DNA of 64,000 nt from Lama glama. Taxonomy: Eukaryota. Of this stretch, positions 40,801 to 52,607 are shown piece after piece. Under the pieces are notes generated by a model. It saw only the letters and a list, made by a program, of their open reading frames with translations. It did not search any database and was not told where the DNA came from. Positions within the stretch are counted from its first letter, which is position 1. Each line of letters begins with the position of its first letter. Position numbers and translations under genes: made by a program. The stretch covers positions 92,444,001 to 92,508,000 of the forward strand of contig CM052816.1 in the NCBI GenBank assembly GCA_028534125.1, read 5' to 3'.

Positions 40801-42584
40801 TGAGGAGAGCACCGAGCGCAGACAAGACGATGGGCAAGTGTATTTGTAGCAGACATTCTGTTTACTCACCCAGTCCAACTAGGCCATGAAGGCAGGCACC
40901 AGCTCACTGCGGCTGGCTAGCACAGGTCATCCCTCGGCTGCCCGCCACCAGCCCGGCGCTGCCCTCCGGATGCCTGGCCCCTAGCAGGGGGGTTTTCAGA
41001 AGCCCAGCCCCATATTGCCAAGACTCAGTTCTTCAACTCACAGGAGGGCAGCTCACTGCTGGCTCAAACTTCTTGCTGTAACCCCAAGAATACCTTTGAA
41101 AGCCCACTGTCTCCTCCTTCTCCAGGTCATTAACATCTTTCAGGGGCAGTCTGATTCATATGCAACGCTATCACACTTCTGGGGGCGCTTCCATAGTCTG
41201 GTTGGTTCTCGAACACTTGGGAGCACTGAGCACGCCGCGGGCCTCTGCTCAGCAAGCACATGGCAAGGCTGGTGTGGACCATGGCCGCAGCCCCACCTTG
41301 CAGGCCCAGGGGATCTTCCTCGAAGCCTTGTTACGTGCTGGCGTCTCACTTCGCCCCCACCCTGACCCCCACTAGGGACAGCTGGTGGTGGAGACGAGGA
41401 CTGAGTTGTCGGGAAGCGGAGTGACTGGCCTGAGCTCATCCGAGTGGCGAGTGGCCGTGACCGGGCTGCTACTGAATCCAGACCCAAGCCCAGAACCACA
41501 CACCTAATTTGGGGGGATCACTTTACGTGGGTCCAACACCATTACAGGCCTGTCTTGGGGGTGCTGGAAAGTTAATGCACTGAACCAAAATCTCCCAAGT
41601 CCTCAAAGTCAGGCATTTAACCAGAGCAACACAATCAGGCTTCTGAGCTTTTATTATCTCAGTTTATTTTTAGTTATTATTTTTACAGTCCTCAGCGGCT
41701 GGGTTTGCTGTAGGTGACCAACAGCAAAACCTGAGTTGGCTCTGCCTCTGACCATGAAGACGAAGACTCAACACCTCACCCGGGGAACTCACGCCCCGGG
41801 GCCAGGTGTCTGGCCGAGGGTGCAGGTGGGAAGCAAGACCCCAAACTGACAGGAGCCCTGGGGGCACGGTTTGCAGAGCAGGCGAAGTTTTTGACAAACG
41901 CTGACATTTTACAGTGTAAACAGGACACTCTGCTAAACAAGCCAAGACGAGTGGGGCCAGGTTCACACCGCGTTCCCGGCTGTCCTCCCTTCACAGCCCG
42001 GCCAACAGGGAGGGGACACCACTACCACAGGCAGAAGGTGGGTCGTCATCCTCTCCCAATTCACAAGAGAGTTAGAAGCTGCTGAGATGCAGGTAATGGT
42101 ACCAAAACATTTCTACAGACAATGAAAACGGGACGGGAGCTCATTAAATACATTCATTTTGGCTTTGTTCTCATATCAAAGTCCTCAAAATTCCCACATT
42201 ACCATGCATTGCTCTGGCTCCTGTAACGGGTACCGTATTTTAGCACCATTTATGAGAATATAAATCAAGGCATTTTTTCATTACATAGAAGCTATTAAAA
42301 TTAAGTACAAAAAATTTATTTTGAAGCTCAGAATTAAGCTCAACCACCCCCGGTTACTGGGCAAATGACTGCCAAGGCTGTGGTTATTTCCAGTCCTGTA
42401 TCCTTTCCCTGGATGACCTGTGTTCTGGCGACTTCATTCCTGACCCACACCTACACCCAAGGAATCGACAAGAATGAGATAAAACTCTAGTCGACGCTCT
42501 CCCTTACTATTAATGAGCCCTATTAATGAGCTATTCATGAGCTTACAAAATATTGAAATATACACGTGGCCATAAGGCTTGGGA

Positions 42585-45500
42585 ACAGAGAGAACATAAT
42601 AAATGGTTTATTGCTATGATACTTCGATACAATTAACCTATTATTTCCAGGCTTAATGACCACTCTGTACAGGTTAGTAATACCTACTAACCCATCCCAC
42701 CAGTCCCAGTAATAAATTTCAACTTACAACGAAAAAAACTGCAAATGGGACAGCTCCCATCACCCTCCCAAATGTGACTGGGTCTCAGGCTGTGAGGCCT
42801 GGCACACAACAGAGTGTCACGGTGTAACTGCACACCAGCAAGCAGACACGTTCATACACACACACCCACTTCTAGTCACGGCCGAGCCTACTTTCTTCCT
42901 ATCGCTACTGCTACCCGGGCAGGGGCAGCCAAACCACTTTAGTTTTGTGCTTTTCATGGCTCCAAGTTATTAACTGGATCACACAAGTATTAACCGTCAG
43001 TTGCCTGTGTCTTTTCTCACTACCTAACTCAGCCCTGGCTCCCTGGTCTCCCCAGCCTCTCAGAAGAGATCACCAAGGTGGTTGCCCAAGAGTCAAGCAT
43101 TACATATTCTACTTCTGTTCAACAGGGACCTAAACTTTAGAAAAAGGAATTTGTAGCCACACACAGAAGTCCTTCCATTGGTTCAAATTTTTAGCCTTTT
43201 ATAACTTAAGCCAAGGAGGTCTGTCAGGCATCTGTTGCTTTGTTTCTAAAAGGCATTTTTAATCTAAAATCAATTCCTTCTTCAGTTCACTTCTTATGGT
43301 TCCTCAGGTGATTTTAAAATTACTTGAACTTGGGCCCTGCCTTTGCTCAACTCTGGGGATTCTACAACTTTCACGTACATTTCATACTCAGCACCTCACA
43401 CACATTGAGGGCTTCCTTTTTATTGTTTTTAAGTAGTCACAGAACTTTTTAAAAAGGCATTTATGTATTTTTATGTATGCCTACAAGTAAGATTCCCTGG
43501 AGGTTTATACTTTGGAAAATATTTTCTGGCTTTCAGAGGGGGAGTGTATCTGCAAAGTCTTGCTTAAGAAAGAGAAAGCAATCAAACTTTATTTTAACAC
43601 CAAAAAGAAGACAAAGCCAGAAAGTCGGTTTGAGTCCTGTCTCCAGGTGCAATGGTAGGAGTGCCAGGTCACCAAAGGTGAGACAGCACCCAACCATCAT
43701 TATCTGGAAGCTCTTCAAAAAGCAGACCATGGACTCTTGGGTAAAACAGCACCTTGGAGTGAAGAGCTCAGGAGGAATAACACAGCCTCGGAAAACAGAC
43801 AATCACCAAAACAAGCATGTAGAAACCTACAAAGGTGTTTTCTGACAGAGGTGTTAGATTCACGTGGCTTGAGATTTTACCTGATAAGCTCCAGAATTGG
43901 AGGAAAAAAGAATAATAGAAGGCTACAAAGGCAGTGGTCTGTTTTCCATGATCAAAGGAAACTTTCACCCATCACTAACTGCACACACAACAGCACAAAG
44001 TATCTGTGGCCATACGAAGAGAGCAGGCTGGATCCTGGTCTGTGCATTTAAACCATTTTCAGATGTGCTGCCTTCCAAGCAAGATGAACCGACATTTCAG
44101 ATCCAATCCCACCGAGCCTAGATCACGGGTCACGGACCACACGCGGGCCTCTCGTGCTCAGACGCCGCCGTCGCTGTTCCGGGTGTGAGTGAGCTCAGTG
44201 GATGCTGTAAACACAGAAGTAGCTCAGCAGGTAAGGAGGGAAACCAGAAAAAGTTCTGAAGGAGTGGTGTTAATTCCATGGCACTTGTTGCAGGGAAATT
44301 CTTTTAGACTTAATGTACGTTCAATGAACTCAAAGGTCTAAATCAAGCCTGCGTAAGGCAGACATTACCTTTCTGCCAAGACCGAAGGGTCCGAACTGCT
44401 GACCACTTGTAATAAACTCTGGGATGGAAAGGAAGCACAGTGTAGTACCTCCTACCTTCCTTTTTCTAGAAAACTTTATCATTTTAGAGATCCCTCTAAG
44501 TAGAATATTCTTCTGAATCCATCTTGGTCTCGATTCAATTTCAATTCTGCTGATGTCACCTGACCAGGCCAAGACCAGGTATGAGAAATGGAATTAAAAC
44601 TCAGGGCAACTGTGGTTGCATGTTGCAACAAAAAAATACGTTTAAAGTTGGCCACTCATCTATATTTCCTGAAGTACTGTTTCTTGGAAAGCTTTACTTC
44701 TCTGATGCTGCAGTCCCTCTAAGCCTGGATGACACTCTGAAAGCAGTCTAATAAGGCCTTGGACAGAAACAACTTAAACACGACCCTTTGAGTTTTCATC
44801 AGTGTGGTGGTAAAGACCACAATGTCTGCACACACACTACCTATATCATACATAGGAGCAAGGAAAAAGTACGAAATGTGAACAAACTGCCCAGAGCCCC
44901 GTTCAAATTCACTAAGATTAGAACCTTCTCAAAATGCAAAGACAGATGATCATTGGTATTATTAAATTCAACAGTGGTTATGAACCAACGGCTGGATGGA
45001 CACAGACCCCTACTGCCTTATACAACCTAAAAATTTGAAGCCGTGCTTTTAAAAAGTTCAAGAATGAATGGGAGGCATTTCCTGTTGTAAGTTACATAAA
45101 AATGAAGTTACATAAAGTGAAGCATCAAAGTCAACAAGAAGTCATTATTATTACTTTCATTTGGCTTCTGGGTGCCTCTTTATTCCAGGCACCACTGCAT
45201 TTCACAGTAAAAAAACAAAGCCTCTCTAACACATTCACACACATTTAGAGCAAAATTTGATCCAAACACTCTAATGAATAAGTACCTACCAAGATGTGGT
45301 GACTATTATTGATGAGGTAACGGGAAAAATACTAACGTAACAGCCTGCATAGTTTTATGTGTCCTCTGAGTTTTCTCAACCAAGAGTTTTAATTTTTAAG
45401 TGAAAGCAAAACTTACATTTGCACAAAAGGTTTGCCCCTCTGGGGGCTAAAAACAGATCAGATAGCTTATAAACTATATTAAATTGGACCAAATGAAGAT

Positions 45501-46830
45501 TTTAATTATTATAAGATAAAACTCGGTGCTTCAGGGTAACGTCACCTCCACAAATACTGAGCCAGTTCAGGTGCTGCTGATACAGTCCTGAAGAGTGACC
45601 TGTCTGGTTCCTGGGAACAGTGTCCGCAGTCCATGCCCCACGATTCAGGCCCCAGTGCAGAGCATGCTCAGCTCAGCTGCCCTGCCCCACTCCCCGGCAC
45701 CACCCTCGCTCATGAACATGCAGACAGTCACTCTCGGCTGGGAACGCTGCCTCCCCCAGGCATCCCAAACCAAATCAAGGGCAGACACAGCTCAGCCATG
45801 CTTTTGCACTTGGTTTGAGGACATGCTTCTGTTTAAACTTACTCATGAAAAACCTTAGGCACTCTGCTGTTACTCATCCCCTGCCAGCAGATGAGTTACA
45901 TGAATTTGGCAACAAAAGCACGCTCAAAAAAAACAGGGCACAGAAAGACCTGGATCCAGCTCACCGCCATCTCTGAACGCAGGTGAGTGCCTGAGTCATC
46001 TGGCCTTGGCTTCCTCTAAAAAAGCAGGTGGATCTGAGCCCTGTTCTGACTATAAAGTGTGACTCTATGGAACTGGAGAATAACGAACAGCCCCCGACTC
46101 TAGAGATCAACCAACCACAAGCAGCGCCGGCCCGCCGACCACGCACTGCCTCACCAGCCACCAGACCCGGTGTGTCCGCCACCTCAGGCGCCTGTCATGT
46201 TCCTGCAGAGCAAGGATTTCCTGGTGCCACTGCCTCCTCCAGTAGCAACTTCTCCAGCCTTTAAATAACTCACTTTTGGACCCAGTTCTTAATCTTCTAT
46301 TAGATAATCCACTTAGAATAGCTTCAATATGTAAATCCAAACCGCTGTCAGTGAGACTATCGGAGGATGTTATGACTGGCCCAGAATTCTACCACGTGAG
46401 GAGCCTGCACAGGAAGAAGGGCGCGGCACAGACCCGTTACCACCGAAACAACAAACAACTACTATCTTTAAAAAAAAAAATTGAAAGCCAGCTTACTATT
46501 AGAGAGGCTTTTGATTTGAGATATAAAGAACAAATTCCTCTCCAAAATGAGTCTCCTCTGATACAAAAGTGTTTGTTTTCGGAGATGCAGTCTGCACCTT
46601 TCAACAGGTGTGCTCTGAAGTTCTCCATTGAAACACACTGCATCACAGATGAGGGGGAAAACTTAGTTAATTCTTATTATTAAAAGCTACTCTTCAGAAA
46701 TCCCAGTCCAGCTTGGCTCTCAGGGCCCAAGTGTCCTGTGAGGTCATTCTCAGGGACCCGCAGGCCCGAGGCCCGAGCCGAGGAGCTGCCCGCGCACCTT
46801 GGCCGCATCGCCGGGCCGTCTGAGTGTGTC
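42585..46830 (-). other. OTULIN: OTULIN 3' UTR (end approximate)
   Basis: Follows the stop codon on the - strand; AT-rich and poor in transposons. Minus-strand AATAAA (plus TTTATT) at 45179, 43588, 43419, 42607 and 42315. Confidence 0.5.
42607..42612 (-). terminator. Candidate OTULIN polyadenylation signal AATAAA
   Basis: Minus strand reads AATAAAccatttattatgttctctctgttccc: a hexamer with a downstream U/GU-rich element. Confidence 0.5.
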
Positions 46831-47025
46831 TCACAGACTCGTCTCCTCACACACTCGGACGGGGATGTTGTAGTGCCGATCATCCTCGGCGATCAGGGTC
46901 ACCACTGGCCAGTCCCTGGGTGGGTCGGTGGGGTAGATGGTGAGGAACTCCTCAGTGCCGTACTTGGAGAGCCGGTACACCTGGATGGTGTGGCGCACCG
47001 CGTAGGCGAGAAGGAACATTTCAAC
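46831..47025 (-). CDS. OTULIN: OTULIN terminal coding exon (exon 7 equivalent), CDS portion to TGA
   Basis: Translates [64 protein letters not shown]. Catalytic His/Asn in RHYN; PDZ-binding ETSL. Acceptor ctcctcctgcag; 195 nt. Confidence 0.97.
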   Translation of the reverse strand, partial: VEMFLLAYAVRHTIQVYRLSKYGTEEFLTIYPTDPPRDWPVVTLIAEDDRHYNIPVRVCEETSL

Positions 47026-47213
47026 CTGCAGGAGGAGCAAACAAGTGTGTGGAGGGATGCCCCACTGAAGGATGCAGCTCACCACCCGCTCCCTCCCTGA
47101 CGTCCCAGGCAGCACAGAGCCTGGCAAAGCCACAGCCTTTTTTCCGCCCCGTGGGCCCAGCCCCACTCCTCTGTACATGGGTTGTTAGGTAACAAACACA
47201 CCATCAGGAAGGG

Positions 47214-48240
47214 ATCACATGTCGGATAAGGGACCTGCATCCGGCACACATAAAGAACTCTTACAAATCAACAACAAAAAAGCAAACAACCAGTTCAAAG
47301 ATTGGGCAAAGGACATGTACAGAATAGATACTTCTCCAAAATGGATATGCAAATGCCAAGAAGCACATGAAAAGTTATCAGGGAAATGCAAATCAAACCC
47401 ACAGTGAGACGCCCCTTCCCACCCACCCGAATGGCTAGAACCACAGACAGATAATCACGGGGAGTGACGGCTTCACAGGTACAAGGTGCTCTCTCAGGGC
47501 AATGAAACTGTTTCGGAACTTGGCACAGGCGATGGTCACACGACACTGTACATGTACGGAAAGCCACTGAGCTGTACACTGTAAAATGGTTAATTTTGTG
47601 TTACATAAACTTCATCTCAATTCTTTTTTAAAAAGTGTGGTAAGGATGTGAAGAAATGGGACTCTGAAACCTTGCTGGTAGGGATGTAAAACAGTGCAGC
47701 TGCTTTAAAAAAGTTTGGTAGTCCCTCAAAATTTTAAACAAAGAATTACCATATGGCCCAGCAATTCCACTCCTAGGTCTATACCCAAAAGAAGCGAAAA
47801 CACATGTCCACACAAAAATCCTGTACATGATTTCACAGCAGGATTATTCAGAATCGCTAACAGTGGCAACAACCCAAATGGATGAATAAAGTGTGACATA
47901 TCCATACAATGGAATGTTATTTGTCAAAAAAAAAAAAGGAATGAAGTACTGACGCACGCTGTAACATGGGTGAATCTTGAAGACTTTAGGCTAAGTGAGA
48001 GAAGCCAGTCATGAAAGACCACTGAATAAGGTTCCATTTATGTGAAACACCCAGAATAGGCAAATCTTTAACAACAGAAAGCTGGAGAAGGAGGAATGAG
48101 TTCTAATGGGTATGGGGTTTCCTTTAGGGGTGACAAAGTGGTCTTTGTGATGGCTGCAAAACTCTGTAAACATACTAAAAACCTGGGTTACACACTTCAT
48201 GAAACATATTAATTTCAATAAAGCTGTTATTTAAAAAATG
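47214..48240 (+). mobile_element. L1 (L1MB-like) ORF2 3' end and 3' UTR fragments in OTULIN intron 6
   Basis: taaagaactcttacaaatcaacaac...gggaaatgcaaatcaaa; gaattaccatatggcccagcaattccactcctagg; ends caataaagctgttatttaaaaaa. Confidence 0.8.
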
Positions 48241-48884
48241 TTACAGCAGACTTTGTGGGGACTCAGAAAGGACTAAGCTCAGTCTAAGATGCAAATCACG
48301 CTCTACCAGGCTTGGTCCTGCAAAGTATTTGCTATGGTTCAGGAGACCTAAGTAACCTATATTATGAATATAGATAATTTTTTAAAATAGTTGTCTTCAG
48401 TCCTGCCTGACCCAGCACTGACCATCATCTATCTGTGCTCTTTCCTATGTACCAGGGAAAGGCAAGCACCACGGACAGTCGGGCAAGCAGGAAGGCAGCC
48501 CCCTGGAAGGAGAGCCTTACTGCTGCTCTGTGGTTGGCTATCTCGCTTACGCTTTTCAGGGCAACATAATGAACACACCAAAGACAGACAGTGCAAGTGT
48601 GGTGAGTCAGCTGCTGGCCCACAGGACAGTACTCCACTGGGTCTCCGTAAAATTCCAACTTGGCATATCTGTAAAAGATCCAAGATCAGGCTGGGCTCTA
48701 CTGGCTAAAGTGACTCCATTTCTATTTTTAGAGAATGCTACCTACACAGCTACAGCTGCCACGATTAAACAAGTCCCTTCAGATGACTCTTCCAAGTACT
48801 TGGCTTCTTTGTAGCTTAACGGAGCCAGGGGTACTGACCCCATCCACCACATTGCAGAAGAAGGCCTAGGCTGAGATAACCATG

Positions 48885-49385
48885 CTGGTTATAGAACAGG
48901 TTCACAATTTTTTGGCACTCCTCACTTGAGTGTTGGAAAGATTAAGTGACTTGCTTCTAACAAACAGAATATGGTGTAAGTGATGGTGTGTGACTTCCAA
49001 GATTACATCGTGGGAGGCACTGTGGCTTCCTCCTTGTTCTCTTCTTGGATCACTTTCTGAGAGAAGTCAACCATCATGTTCTGAGGACTCTCAAGCAGCC
49101 CTATGGAAAGCCCCACATGGCAAGGAACTGAACCCTCCCACTAACCGTCAGCGAGGAACCAAGGCCTCCTACCAACAGCCAGGTGAGTGCACCATGTTGG
49201 AAGTGGCTCCTCCAGCCCCAGTCAAGCCCTCAGATGACTGCAGCCCTGAACAACATTCAACTGCAACCTTCTGAGACCCTGAGCCACAGCCACCTAGGAG
49301 CAAACTAAGCTGCTCCTGAACTTCTGACCCACAAAACCTGAGATAACGTTTGATGGCTGAAGCTGCTGTTCTGGGCTAATATACT
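48885..49385 (+). mobile_element. MLT1F-like solo LTR
   Basis: gtgacttgcttctaacaaacagaatatgg; ccacatggcaaggaactga; cctccagccccagtcaagccctcagatgactgcagccc; ttctgacccaca...tgagataa. Confidence 0.8.
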
Positions 49386-49403
49386 CCCAAAGGTACAACT
49401 CAC

Positions 49404-49673
49404 CTGTTCAAGGCCACCAGTGTGTCCCACCTGGTTTAGATGGTTCCTCAGCAGCTGTCCAGGGTCACTGGATGTATCCCGAGCAAAGAGAAGCACTGAG
49501 AAAAATGGAACTTCCTTTCCCTTCTCTTTGTCATCGTACAGTTCAATGGCTCTGTTTAGCATTAGAAATTTGACAGCTTCATAGAGGCAATACTCGTCTT
49601 CTTCATTCGTGAACAGTTCATCGCAAGCTATCTGTCTTGCTTCAGCAGTTCTCAGCTCAGCCAAGCCTGCCCA
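49404..49673 (-). CDS. OTULIN: OTULIN coding exon (exon 6 equivalent)
   Basis: Translates [21 protein letters not shown]...[17 protein letters not shown]. Acceptor tttcttattatag; donor CAG|gtgagt; 270 nt. Confidence 0.97.
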
Positions 49674-51037
49674 CTATAATAAGAAAGTTGCATAATAACT
49701 ACACTTTCGTCCTGTAAGTCCCTGGTAAAAGTCCATACTACGAGCACAAGTTTATTTTCAAAAGTAGATGACCAGGGGTCATGTACCAATGCTCAACATT
49801 TGAGCTTCCAGCTCAAACGATGGTACTCTTTAGACCACCCAAATTCCTTATTCAGCTTTCCCCTCATTAATCAGAAACAAAAGTATAATGCACTAAGGAG
49901 GAGCTCTGGGGCCATGGAATGGAAATTTCAACTCCCCTATCCTCCCAGGCAAAGAGATGGAACCAGTCGATCAGAAGTACTCGCAGAAGAGCTAACGTGC
50001 ATGTGTGAGGCTGTGAGGGGCAGCTAAAATCACTCCTCCCCTTAGCGGGCTTACAGCAGCTGTTACCACCCAGAAACACCAAGCCAACCTTCAAACGTGA
50101 AGATTGTGAAGATAGGCAAGGAAGATTATGGGCTCTCCTGAATATTTGTTTACTAAACTTACCCTCCTACCCTCTTAAAAATACATGTGAGTTTCAAAAG
50201 AATAAATCCACTCAGCAAATTCTTATTGACTCCTGATGAAGAATAAAGCAGAGTGTCAAGTATACAGCTAAGATGGGCAAACTCTTCAGGTGAGGAAGAA
50301 AACCCTACAAATACATGTGCTTTTAAGTTAAAGTGAATGAGAGTAAGAGATGCCAATATGAAACTAACCCTTACGAATAGCCACTAACTCCTGCTTCTCC
50401 CAAAAACTATTAACATTTTAAATTCAAGAGTAAATTTTAATGGTCATGAACGTGCCACAGGACTCTGCAATATTTGGTTGGGAAGCTAGAAGAGCTCGTA
50501 TTTTCCACAAGTAGACCACGTTGGCAGCAAGAGACGGCTCCAGAGTCAGAGGGTCAGGATGGAACAAAGGTCTCACCAGTGAGCAGCTGGTGGCTTCCGC
50601 AGGGGCTTGATCTCCCCAGCTGTAAAGTGAGGACAACCACAGCAGAAACAGCTTGGTAGATGGGAGAACTAAATTAACACATGAAACTTTTAGGGGACAG
50701 CCTGGCACAAACGAAGCATCAGTAATGGACTAACTGATACCCCTGAAACTTGTCAATATGACTTAGAACAAAGACTACATTTGTAAGATTTCCTTTAAAA
50801 CAAAGTTAAACATTTCACTAAACATACCCTCTCCTCCGAGAGTATACGATGTTGACTTTTCCTCATTTTACCAAAGACTTCACAGGAAGAGTTTGTGTTC
50901 ATTTAGAATTATTTTGCCTAACAACCAGCCAAGAGCATTTGGTAACCCATGAGGTGAGGACTGCGAAGCGGTCTGCTGGGGCAGTCAGGAGTGAGAGCCT
51001 CACACTTATCAGAGAAAGGAAACTACATGTTCCAAAC

Positions 51038-51163
51038 CTTCTTCCTTAGTAATGTGAGGGACTCCTTAATTTTATCAACCAGGTTCTCGCTCTTCCCCTC
51101 AAATTTCAGTCCAAGTTTCCACTGCTTGATCCAGCTGTATTTACTCATGAGTTTTTCTGGTAA
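51038..51163 (-). CDS. OTULIN: OTULIN coding exon (exon 5 equivalent)
   Basis: Found by hand; absent from the ORF track. Translates [42 protein letters not shown]. Acceptor tttcttgatactctag; donor AAG|gtttgg; 126 nt. Confidence 0.96.
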
Positions 51164-52590
51164 CTAGAGTATCAAGAAACAGAGAGAAAAATGTTAACAT
51201 TCCAAAACGTCCATCACACGATCCAAGCTGTAAGAAACCACAAAGCCTATAAAACCTACATTCGTTTCCAGAATTAATTCCTGCACATCTGCCTGCATTT
51301 AGGTTGTGGAGGACTTAAATGTGGAAGTCAGGAACTCGGAAAGCCCCACCCTGAGGAGGGCTGCTGGAGCGAAGGGGCGGTTTCGGCTGGGACACAAAGG
51401 CTCAGTGCCTCGCTGGGCTCCAGCCCTGACCAGGAACGCTCCCCAGCACTTGGCAGGGGTATGCCGCGGCAGCATCCGCACCAGCTCTTCACGTAAAGCG
51501 CCCAGGCAGCTGCTGGGCTCACTGGCGGCCTCCCTACCGCCCTAATGTCTGACTCAGGAAGGTGCTTTGAGCCTGTGAGATGGTCTAAGACACAGTAAAA
51601 ACCTGCTTCATTACTGATTAGGAAAATAAAACTTAATTTCTGATATTTACATATATCCTCAAAGTTTTGAAAGAAGCAACATGGTACCTAGTTTAACTGC
51701 CTAATCCATGTAGTAAAGTGAAAAATACAACCGAGAGAAAGAAGCCAGGGTGAAGGGAGCTGTGAAGGCCCAGCTCACTAAAGAACTAACAGTTGAACTG
51801 TCACTGTGCCCATTTCCTTTTTTTCCTGGAGCGTTTGTTATTTTTTCCCCGATCATCAATAGATTATGAAGTCTGAAAGGCAAGCTGGGACATGACTCGA
51901 TTGATGACAGCAGAGGAGTTCAGCCTCTCCCCACGTCCTGGCTGTGTCAGAAAATCCATGTCATTAGGCTGGGCACAGGCATGTCACTTCAGTGCTACAA
52001 AGTGCAGAAAGGAAGCAAAAGTTCACCTCCCAGTCAAAAGACCATTAGAAAATAATTAATTCCTACCTGGAACCTGAGCTTGCTTAACAGTTATACAGTT
52101 TTAAATGAGGCCATATGCTCCGCTCTCCTGGAATCTAAGACTCTGAAGACCCTTTCATGAACGGTAACTCAAGTTTTCACCTTCTCAATCTACAGCAATC
52201 ATGTGAAACTAAGGTGGTTTCATCTCTACAAGAACCTAAAACCACAAAAGGAATGTAAATTCCGCTTTAGGTAGTTACCACAGTGATGGCGAACTACACT
52301 GACTCATTAGTAGGGGGAGGGGGCTGTGTTCTCATCTTATTATGATGGCAGCTGACCACCCACCCAAACGCCACCCAGTTCTGTGCCCACACTGTCCTGC
52401 ATCTCAGCAATATGTGTGCAGTTTTGCTGTAAACCTTCAATCAGGTTCTCAGGTTTATCATCAGAACCTAAAATGCCCTCAAGTGGCAACAAGCTGAAAT
52501 CACAATTGGGCACAAAGAAGTGCAATGAGCAGAAAAGACTGGCTACACGGATCTGAGTCGGGAAACGGGGTGGAGGGAAGCCCAGGAGAC

Positions 52591-52607
52591 CACGTGAGCA
52601 TCACGTG
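52591..52607. promoter_or_regulatory. Candidate carbohydrate response element (ChoRE) CACGTG-agcat-CACGTG
   Basis: Two canonical E-boxes separated by exactly 5 nt in OTULIN intron 4. Motif match only; function untested. Confidence 0.4.
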
